A stretch of 64,000 bases of DNA from Candidatus Cryptobacteroides faecipullorum. Its GTDB lineage: Bacteria > Bacteroidota > Bacteroidia > Bacteroidales > UBA932. Positions within the stretch are counted from its first letter, which is position 1. Every line of letters starts with the position of its first letter. Shown one piece after another: positions 1 through 6,360 of this stretch. The position numbers were made by a program, and so were the translations under genes. Below the pieces are notes generated by a model. It saw only the letters and a list, made by a program, of their open reading frames with translations. It did no database searches and was not told the origin of the DNA. The DNA lies in the NCBI GenBank assembly GCA_017694885.1, contig JADIMH010000007.1:244-64243 (forward strand), written 5' to 3'.

Positions 1-2
1 AT

Positions 3-1748
3 ATGGGGGCGTTCCATTCGGTGAACGAAGCCTGTGTGGAGACATTCCGTTCGGGCATTGCGCGCAGCGTCGAAGTGATGCCTGTTGCGGCATGGTTCCC
101 CGAAGCGGTGAAAATGCTGAAAGAGAATCCGGGTCTGGATGTGGGCGTTCATCTGACCTTGACCAGCGAGTGGGAGAATGTGAAGTGGAGACCGCTGACG
201 CATTGCCCGAGCCTGACGGATGCGGACGGCTATTTCTACCCTATGATCCGCCCGAATCCCGATTATCCGGGCCAGGCCCTTACCGAACACGAGTGGGATA
301 TCAGGGAAATCGAGAATGAATTCCGGGCCCAGATAGAAACCGCGCTGAGAAATATTCCGCAGGTCAGCCATCTGACCGGACATATGGCTTCTACCGCCTT
401 CAGCAAGGAGGTCAATGAACTGACTCTCAGGCTTGCCCGTGAATACAACCTGGCATGCATCGACCGTATGGACTCGGATAAGGAATACGGTTTCCGGTAC
501 ATAGGCTACACCGGGACGAACAGGACGGCCCTGGACAAGAAGGCAAGTTTCATCGCATCGCTGGAAAAACTGGAACCCGGCAAGCGATATCTTTTCCTGG
601 ACCATCCTGCATATGACAACGATGAAATGAAAACCGTATTCCATATCGGGTACGAGAATGTAGCGGAAGACCGCCAAGGGGTGACGGAGATGCTGACCAG
701 CCCTGAGGTGAAACAGGCCGTCGAGGATCTCGGCATCAGGCTTATTGATGTCAACGTCCTGACCAGGAGCCTGCCGCGCGAGGAGGCTTCGCCCAAGCTG
801 GACAAGGCAGTGCATAAATATCTGGCTGCGGTACAGAAAGCCGGGCAGGACCTGCACAGCCTGATGGTCGTACAGCATGGCAGCGTACTCGCCGGGCACT
901 GGATGGGCAAAGGTAATGAAAACGAACCGCATGTGCTGAACTCCGTCAGCAAGACATTCACATCGACGGCAGTAGGCTTTGCCGTCTCGGAAGGCAGGCT
1001 GAGTCTGGATGACAAGGTGATATCATTTTTCCCCGACAAACTTCCGGATAAAATAAGCGACAACCTGAAAGCCATGACGGTAAAGCACCTGCTTACCATG
1101 ACATGCGGACATGATACCGACCCTACCGGAGCCATCAGGACAAGCAAGGATGCGGACTGGATAAAGGAATTCCTTGCCGTTCCCGTAGAACATGAACCGG
1201 GAACGTTCTTTACATACAACAGTTTGGGTACCTATATGCTCTCTGCCATCGTCCAGAAGACAACGGGGCAGAAAGTTGTGGACTACCTGTGGCCACGGCT
1301 CTTCAGGCCTCTGGGAATCATCAATGTGCATTGGGACGAAAGCCCTCAGGGAATAAACACCGGAGGCTGGGGACTGTATCTGAAGACTGAAGACCTTGCC
1401 AAGATGGGGCTTCTCCTGTTGCAGGACGGGATGTGGAACGGAAAGAGGATCCTTCCCGAAGGCTGGGTGGAAGAAGCATCCGCAGCCCAGGTTCCTTCAC
1501 TGCCGGCAGGAGTAAAGCCGGAGATGGTCAAGGAACTCAAACTCAATGCAAAGGACAGCGACTGGCTGCAGGGATACGGATACCAGATGTGGAGATGCCG
1601 GCACAATGCCTTCCGCGCAGACGGTGCCAACGGGCAATACATCCTGGTCCTGCCCGAAAAGGATGCCGTAATCGCCGTCACCGCACACATCCAGGATATG
1701 CAGGCCGAGCTGGACCTCATATGGAAATATCTGCTTCCTGCCCTGTAA
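3..1748 (+). CDS. Two-domain hydrolase (5' end cut by window): YdjC/ChbG-like carbohydrate deacetylase domain fused to a beta-lactamase-fold serine hydrolase
   Basis: The ORF is open from the window edge. The N-terminal half has a YdjC-like block 'GVHLTLTSEWENVKWRPL'. The C-terminal half has the Ser-x-x-Lys motif 'SVSKTF' in an AmpC/esterase-like context. Confidence 0.7.
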   Translation: MGAFHSVNEACVETFRSGIARSVEVMPVAAWFPEAVKMLKENPGLDVGVHLTLTSEWENVKWRPLTHCPSLTDADGYFYPMIRPNPDYPGQALTEHEWDIREIENEFRAQIETALRNIPQVSHLTGHMASTAFSKEVNELTLRLAREYNLACIDRMDSDKEYGFRYIGYTGTNRTALDKKASFIASLEKLEPGKRYLFLDHPAYDNDEMKTVFHIGYENVAEDRQGVTEMLTSPEVKQAVEDLGIRLIDVNVLTRSLPREEASPKLDKAVHKYLAAVQKAGQDLHSLMVVQHGSVLAGHWMGKGNENEPHVLNSVSKTFTSTAVGFAVSEGRLSLDDKVISFFPDKLPDKISDNLKAMTVKHLLTMTCGHDTDPTGAIRTSKDADWIKEFLAVPVEHEPGTFFTYNSLGTYMLSAIVQKTTGQKVVDYLWPRLFRPLGIINVHWDESPQGINTGGWGLYLKTEDLAKMGLLLLQDGMWNGKRILPEGWVEEASAAQVPSLPAGVKPEMVKELKLNAKDSDWLQGYGYQMWRCRHNAFRADGANGQYILVLPEKDAVIAVTAHIQDMQAELDLIWKYLLPAL

Positions 1749-1793
1749 CGGATTACGATGGAATAACAGACATAACTTAAAACAGTATTTGAA

Positions 1794-2171
1794 ATGAAAA
1801 TCATAGGAAACCTGCTGTGGTGGCTCTTCGGAGGACTCGAGGCCGCCATCGGTTACTTCACAGGAAGCCTGGCTCTGGCAATCACCATTATCGGCATTCC
1901 TTTCGCACTGCAGACATTCAAGATCGGGCTTCTGTGCCTCTGGCCATTCGGGGCCGAGATCAGAAGGACTGAAGGACCGGACGGCTGTATCCGCATTCCC
2001 ATGAATATCATATGGATCGTATTCGGAGGTCTGTGGGCATGGATCACACACATATTCTTCGGCATCCTTCTGGGTATAACGATTATCGGCATACCTTTCG
2101 CCAAACAGCATTTTAAAATGGCCGGACTGTCACTGACCCCGTTCGGAAGAGAAGTCCAGCTGAATCTGTAA
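1794..2171 (+). CDS. yccF: YccF-domain inner membrane protein
   Basis: The 125-aa product has a duplicated 'GGLxxAIGY...ITIIGIPFA(L/K)Q.FK' module typical of YccF. Confidence 0.8.
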   Translation: MKIIGNLLWWLFGGLEAAIGYFTGSLALAITIIGIPFALQTFKIGLLCLWPFGAEIRRTEGPDGCIRIPMNIIWIVFGGLWAWITHIFFGILLGITIIGIPFAKQHFKMAGLSLTPFGREVQLNL

Positions 2172-2179
2172 AAAAATGG

Positions 2180-2283
2180 CGGACCGGATGCCGAACTACA
2201 TGCCTCGTTCCGCAATCCGGTCCGTCAGACCAAGGATTTCATCCTTTTCCAGAGACGGACACTCCCCTGCCGACAGCTTTTTT
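2180..2283 (+). terminator. Structured region after yccF: two overlapping stem-loops followed by a T6 run
   Basis: Stem 1 is CGGACCGGAT (2180-2189) with ATCCGGTCCG (2215-2224). Stem 2 is GTCCGTC (2220-2226) with GACGGAC (2254-2260), and it encloses AAGGAT/ATCCTT (2232-2246). A T6 run lies at 2278-2283. Confidence 0.35.
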
Positions 2284-3150
2284 ATGACAAGACGTCCCGC
2301 CGCACAAGCGGAAGCCCTGTCAGGAAAGGCCGCATCCTACCTGGGTTCCTCCACGGAGATGACCGGACACAATGCCTTTGTTCGCATCAACGCCAATCGT
2401 CAGATGGCTGGAGAAGCGATGCTTCTGGAGGCTCCTTCGCACCTCGTCAACGTTCCCAACGTCTCTTATACCAACGTCGTGATGACACCGCAGATGATTC
2501 TCTTCGCGGGAATCAAGCACGAACCCTCCCCTTTCAAGCTGGTGGTCAAGATGTCCGGCAATCAGTCTGCCGGCGTCTCCAACGGATGGAGCAAAACGGT
2601 CATCATCTCCTCGGATACCGAAGACGATTGGGGTGAGGCTGACGTGACCAAACTGTATCTTAAGACCATCGGTGTGGAGCCCTCCCCTGGCCAGAAGGTC
2701 TTCATCGAGACCTATTGGATGGACACCGCCAGCGGCTTCGCCGGGCAGGTGTTCAGGGATATGGCCGTCGTTACCGGAGAATCCTCTTATCAGACTCGTA
2801 CGCGCGTGACAATGGATAACCTGGACCCTACCGAGGAGCAGCACGTCTCTGCGCTGGATATGGACTTCTCCACCAATGCGCCGGTCATCTACTTTGACAC
2901 CGTCTGCCTTGGCCACAGCAATGTCGCTTCCTCTGAGGCCATCCTTGACAAGGAACTCCCTGAGGAACTTATCGGCCTTTCCTATGCACTTGCCCGTGGT
3001 ATGGGTGAAGATGGTTCCCTGCATCCGCAGTCTTACCAGATCCAGTCAATGGTATGGCGCCAGAAAACCGAACTCCATTTCATGCACCGGGGCGGCAAGT
3101 ATATCAAGCCAACCGAGGTTTTCGGTCCCGGCATATTCTATCAACAGTAA
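2284..3150 (+). CDS. Hypothetical protein A, first gene of the orphan operon (the ORF is also open from an ATG at 2176)
   Basis: This is a long ORF with no recognisable motif and no signal peptide. I prefer the 2284 start because 2180-2283 is hairpin-rich and ends in T6, but 2176 cannot be excluded. Confidence 0.55.
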   Translation: MTRRPAAQAEALSGKAASYLGSSTEMTGHNAFVRINANRQMAGEAMLLEAPSHLVNVPNVSYTNVVMTPQMILFAGIKHEPSPFKLVVKMSGNQSAGVSNGWSKTVIISSDTEDDWGEADVTKLYLKTIGVEPSPGQKVFIETYWMDTASGFAGQVFRDMAVVTGESSYQTRTRVTMDNLDPTEEQHVSALDMDFSTNAPVIYFDTVCLGHSNVASSEAILDKELPEELIGLSYALARGMGEDGSLHPQSYQIQSMVWRQKTELHFMHRGGKYIKPTEVFGPGIFYQQ

Positions 3151-3162
3151 TCCCTTCGCACT

Positions 3163-3675
3163 ATGTTCAACTCAACAGGAAATAACTTTGGTGCAGGCGT
3201 CATCCAGTTCAAGGATGTCCAGGAGAGCAATTATATTGTCCTCAACGCCAAGTTCACCTGCAGCCCGCAGAGCGCGGAGTACCAGGCGGCCGAGGTGCTG
3301 GAGATTTATGTCCCGGCCCTCTCGATTGCCCGCAGTACCATTGCCGGTGTCGTGGCCAGGTACAAGGAACGCGGGACTTCCTACGGTTATCCTTATATCT
3401 ATGACGGCGGCACTGTCCTGAAGTCCTGGGTGAAAGATGCCAATACGCTGTGTATTGAGAAACTAAGCTGCTTCGATGACAAGCAGGAAATCATCATCTA
3501 CATCCAGACGCTCTACTGTATGCTGGGCCAGGGCGGGAACGCCACCAAGGGTAAGGAGAAACGCATCACGGCTACATCGGAAGACAATGCGCTCCGTTTC
3601 AGCACTTCCTACTCCTTCTGCGTCGTATTCGAGAAATGGATCTTCTACCACATGATGTTCGACGGTGCCTCGTAG
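3163..3675 (+). CDS. Hypothetical protein B, N-terminal part ending at an in-frame TAG (3673-3675)
   Basis: The 170-codon ORF is paralogous to protein C (4277-4999). The same frame stays open after the TAG. Confidence 0.6.
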   Translation: MFNSTGNNFGAGVIQFKDVQESNYIVLNAKFTCSPQSAEYQAAEVLEIYVPALSIARSTIAGVVARYKERGTSYGYPYIYDGGTVLKSWVKDANTLCIEKLSCFDDKQEIIIYIQTLYCMLGQGGNATKGKEKRITATSEDNALRFSTSYSFCVVFEKWIFYHMMFDGAS

Positions 3676-3819
3676 GCGCTCCGGAACCTGGACTGGGAAG
3701 CCTTCTTCGACACACTTCCGGATGATGTAAATGCCGACGTCCCCGTTATCGCCTCGTACAACTATGGCAATGACAAGCTGGGCGGCATCACGGAGTCCCG
3801 CCTTGAGGGTGGCTACTGG

Positions 3820-4284
3820 ATGCTTCCTAAGGATGAACGTGGGGACGGATTCGAGAATACCGGCAACTATGTGTTCTCCTTTGGTTATCTGGTGCGTGAC
3901 TATGTAGAGGAGCCCGTGATACCCGGAAGACTTCGGATTCAGGAGGAAGAACTGGACGGAGGCCGCTACAACAAGTTCCGGGATTTCGACCTGGAGCTTA
4001 TTCCGTATCCTGCCTTGGCGGCTTGTGAGGGCCATACCGGCATCTACAGTGCCAGCGAATGCACCTTTACGCCGCAGTCCAGGCCCTCGGAGATTCCTGA
4101 GTTTGATGCCAACTTCCTCGACACCTTCCAGGGTGGTCAGGGTCTCTCGGTCCAGCTGCTCAAGATGGAGTATCGGACGGCAACGGCTGCCGGCTCCATC
4201 AAGATTACCGATGAATCCGGGATGAAAAACCTCGCCTTCAAGATGTATGACACGGCCATAGCAATGGCTCTAAACAATGCCTGA
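3820..4284 (+). CDS. Hypothetical protein B, C-terminal part (same frame as 3163-3675, open from 3676)
   Basis: There is no stop between 3676 and 3820, and no ATG, GTG or TTG in that frame before 3820. Similarity to protein C runs across the TAG, so this is most likely one 372-aa gene, either read through or inactivated. Confidence 0.55.
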   Translation: MLPKDERGDGFENTGNYVFSFGYLVRDYVEEPVIPGRLRIQEEELDGGRYNKFRDFDLELIPYPALAACEGHTGIYSASECTFTPQSRPSEIPEFDANFLDTFQGGQGLSVQLLKMEYRTATAAGSIKITDESGMKNLAFKMYDTAIAMALNNA

Positions 4285-4999
4285 CGATATGCTGACGATC
4301 ACTGCTACCAATTTCGGAGTCAATCCGGCCTTTCTCAATATCAAGGAATATCACGAGCAGAACCTGCTTTTGCTGGATGGCGACATTTCGGTGGATACGA
4401 CAGCTGCTGAATACGCCGGAATCCGTCCTATGAAACTGACCGTCGCGGACCTTCCTTTTGCCAAGAGCCGGATTGCTACGGCGCTGGTGACTGCCGCTTC
4501 TGATGGCGTGAACTACTGCACGCTGGCCAAGGTCTGGATAGCTGACAAGAACACCATCTGCATCGGCAAGATTCTGCCATACAAGAGCTTGGGAAACTAT
4601 ACCATCCACCTGAATACCATCTTCATTCCGACGATGGTCACCGGCCCAGTCTCGCTGAATACCTCGAAGGCTTATACTCCGCAGTTCAACAAGGGAACCG
4701 GCGATGGCGTCGAAGTGCTCACGGTAGAGAATCCTCATTGGATGATGTTTATGCTGAAGGCATCCAACCTGGTGTTCGACTCTGATGACCAGGCGGTGGA
4801 GATTCAGCTGCCTGGTTTTCCCTCCGACATCTCCATCAACCCGCCCATCATCTACAACGAATCCCTCTGGAGCAACCTGGGGAGCAAGTATTATCCGGCT
4901 TATCTCCGGAATGGAGTGCTTACCATTTCGAAAGCAGAGGCGGCTGATGAACCGGAAGGGACCGGCACCAAGTTTACCCGCATAATCACAGTCCGTTAA
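4277..4999 (+). CDS. Hypothetical protein C, paralogue of B
   Basis: The start overlaps the stop of B by 8 nt. Shared blocks include 'AKVWIADKNTICIGKI' against B 'LKSWVKDANTLCIEKL', and 'HWMMFMLKAS' against B 'YHMMFDGAS'. Confidence 0.65.
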   Translation: MPDDMLTITATNFGVNPAFLNIKEYHEQNLLLLDGDISVDTTAAEYAGIRPMKLTVADLPFAKSRIATALVTAASDGVNYCTLAKVWIADKNTICIGKILPYKSLGNYTIHLNTIFIPTMVTGPVSLNTSKAYTPQFNKGTGDGVEVLTVENPHWMMFMLKASNLVFDSDDQAVEIQLPGFPSDISINPPIIYNESLWSNLGSKYYPAYLRNGVLTISKAEAADEPEGTGTKFTRIITVR

Positions 5000-5008
5000 T
5001 CCAGCCTT

Positions 5009-5293
5009 ATGTCCGAGAAGAAACGCATAGAACTCACGCGCCTGCAGGGCATCATTGCGGTGGCCAGCTTTGTCTCCGGCATCGTCATCGCAGCCGTGTG
5101 CCTGTTCTTCGTCCCGCCGCTGGGAGAGATTGCCAGCTCCGCCATCAGCATCGTGAGTGAGCTGCTGGTCCTCTGCGGTGCCATTCTCGGCGTCAAAGCC
5201 AGCTATGATGTCAAGTTCCGAAAATTTGAAGCAGAACTTCAGGACGTTATAGACAACGAAAAGAAACTGAATACCCAAACCGACAATGAATAA
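5009..5293 (+). CDS. Small 2-TM membrane protein with a charged C-terminal tail (holin-like architecture)
   Basis: The 94-aa product has two hydrophobic helices ('IIAVASFVSGIVIAAVCLFFV' and 'ISIVSELLVLCGAILGV'). They are followed by a K/E/D-rich tail. Confidence 0.6.
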   Translation: MSEKKRIELTRLQGIIAVASFVSGIVIAAVCLFFVPPLGEIASSAISIVSELLVLCGAILGVKASYDVKFRKFEAELQDVIDNEKKLNTQTDNE

Positions 5294-5765
5294 GTATCTG
5301 CCATTGCTTCTCCTGCTCGCCGCTTCCGCTTGCGGTACTGTCCGGACGCTTCCAGTCCAGGACAGTACCCGGGTGGAAGTCCGGACGGAGGTCAGGACGG
5401 TTCACGACACGGCCTTCGTTGAGCTGCTGGTCATCGTGGAGCGGGTGTCCACCCTCGACACCGCATCCGTCCTGGAGAACAAATACGCCAAATCGGCCGC
5501 TTCCGTGTCGGATGGTGTTCTGCATCATTCGCTGGAGACAAAGCCCGCCAGAGAGCCCGTTTCGGTCGAAAAGCAGATTGTTTATCGAGACTCCCTGGTC
5601 TATCGCGACCGCATCGTCACGCAGACCGTCGAGGTGGAGAAGAAACTCTCCTGGTGGGAATCGCTCAAACTGAAAGTCGGCGGCTTGGCGCTGCTTGCCA
5701 TCGCCCTGCTCGTTGCATATTTCCTTATTACCCATATTATCAACCTTAAATTCTTCAAGTTATGA
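5286..5765 (+). CDS. Lipoprotein with a C-terminal transmembrane anchor (unimolecular-spanin-like architecture)
   Basis: It has a signal/lipobox 'LLLLLAASAC' and a beta-rich middle. The C-terminal TM is 'VGGLALLAIALLVAYFLITHII'. It overlaps the upstream gene by 8 nt and the downstream gene by 4 nt. Confidence 0.6.
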   Translation: MNKYLPLLLLLAASACGTVRTLPVQDSTRVEVRTEVRTVHDTAFVELLVIVERVSTLDTASVLENKYAKSAASVSDGVLHHSLETKPAREPVSVEKQIVYRDSLVYRDRIVTQTVEVEKKLSWWESLKLKVGGLALLAIALLVAYFLITHIINLKFFKL

Positions 5766-6169
5766 AGTACAATCCTTCCATCGCCTTCGACGAAATGTCG
5801 GGCTCCGCAAAGGGTGTCACCGCCGCCAAGACGCGTGGTCGCAAGTACATCCGTAACCGTGGATACGGCGGCTCCACCAGGACCGCGTTCCAGTCTTCCG
5901 TAAAAGCTGTCTTCAAGCAGCTCTCTCAGGCCTGGCAGGGGCTGACCAACGAGCAGATCCTCGCCTGGAATGCAGCGGCCAACACCGCTCAGGGCAAGTC
6001 CGTTCTCGGCACCAAGTCCAAGATCTCCGGAGCGAACCTCTTTATGAGGCTCAACTACTGGGTCGTGTACTGCGGCGGCCAGATCATGACTGCCGTGCCC
6101 GCAGGCGCAAGATGGAAGCCGATCTCTTCTTCTCGTAAAAAGTTCGTACCTTTGCACCCGGAGGTCTGA
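5762..6169 (+). CDS. Small hypothetical protein F with a Lys/Arg/Gly-rich N-terminal arm
   Basis: The 135-aa product contains 'SGSAKGVTAAKTRGRKYIRNRGYGGSTRTAFQ...WQGLTNEQILAWN'. It is the last gene before the terminator, with an ATGA overlap onto the upstream gene. Confidence 0.55.
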   Translation: MKYNPSIAFDEMSGSAKGVTAAKTRGRKYIRNRGYGGSTRTAFQSSVKAVFKQLSQAWQGLTNEQILAWNAAANTAQGKSVLGTKSKISGANLFMRLNYWVVYCGGQIMTAVPAGARWKPISSSRKKFVPLHPEV

Positions 6170-6194
6170 TGCCAGACTTCTATTGTTAACACCC

Positions 6195-6231
6195 GGTGCG
6201 GTCCTGCAGCAATGCTCGGCCGCACCTTTTT
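6195..6231 (+). terminator. Rho-independent terminator of the orphan operon
   Basis: GGTGCGG (6195-6201) pairs with CCGCACC (6220-6226), followed by TTTTT (6227-6231). Confidence 0.6.
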
Positions 6232-6236
6232 CGGTA

Positions 6237-6323
6237 TGCATCTTATCGGATTTCAGAAGTCCATAACTTGCATTTTATCGGATTTCAAGAAGATGTTTTC
6301 TGCATTTTATCGGAATTCAGATA
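6237..6323 (+). repeat. Three direct repeats of about 22 bp spaced exactly 32 bp apart, upstream of the ATPase promoter
   Basis: The copies are TGCATCTTATCGGATTTCAGAAG (6237), TGCATTTTATCGGATTTCAAGAAG (6269) and TGCATTTTATCGGAATTCAGATA (6301). Confidence 0.8.
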
Positions 6324-6330
6324 TTTTTAC

Positions 6331-6338
6331 TACCTTTG
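6331..6338 (+). promoter_or_regulatory. Bacteroidetes -7 promoter box (TAnnTTTG) for the ATPase gene
   Basis: TACCTTTG lies 23 nt upstream of the ATG at 6361. Confidence 0.45.
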
Positions 6339-6360
6339 TATCAACCATTTAGAAAAATCT

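Noticed and set aside
2176-2283. The ATG at 2176, 4 nt after the yccF stop, could be the true start of gene A.
   Set aside because: It is not excluded, but these 36 codons coincide with two strong overlapping hairpins and a T6 run, and they encode an Arg/Ser-rich low-complexity peptide. I annotate from 2284 and flag the alternative.
3673-3675. The host genome as a whole might reassign TAG to a sense codon.
   Set aside because: Many well-defined genes in this window terminate at TAG. Examples are 16025-16027, 19511-19513, 21026-21028, 29145-29147, 47928-47930, 49902-49904, 52820-52822 and 63337-63339. Some are followed directly by terminators or the next gene. TAG is therefore a normal stop here.
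4238-5278. Long antisense ORFs of 345-383 aa lie opposite real genes. Besides this one, they occur at 10158-11195, 31069-32220, 48327-49409 and 506-1219.
   Set aside because: They show the same codon-bias artefact. Their products are Arg/His/Gly/Asp-rich with no motifs, and each overlaps a gene with unmistakable family signatures (hydG, permease, COG0523 and others).
2176-6169. The orphan operon could be a Microviridae (Alpavirinae-type) or other complete small prophage.
   Set aside because: There is no ORF of the size expected for a microvirus major capsid protein (about 500-650 aa). There is also no replication initiator or integrase. The segment can at most be a fragment or a domesticated module.
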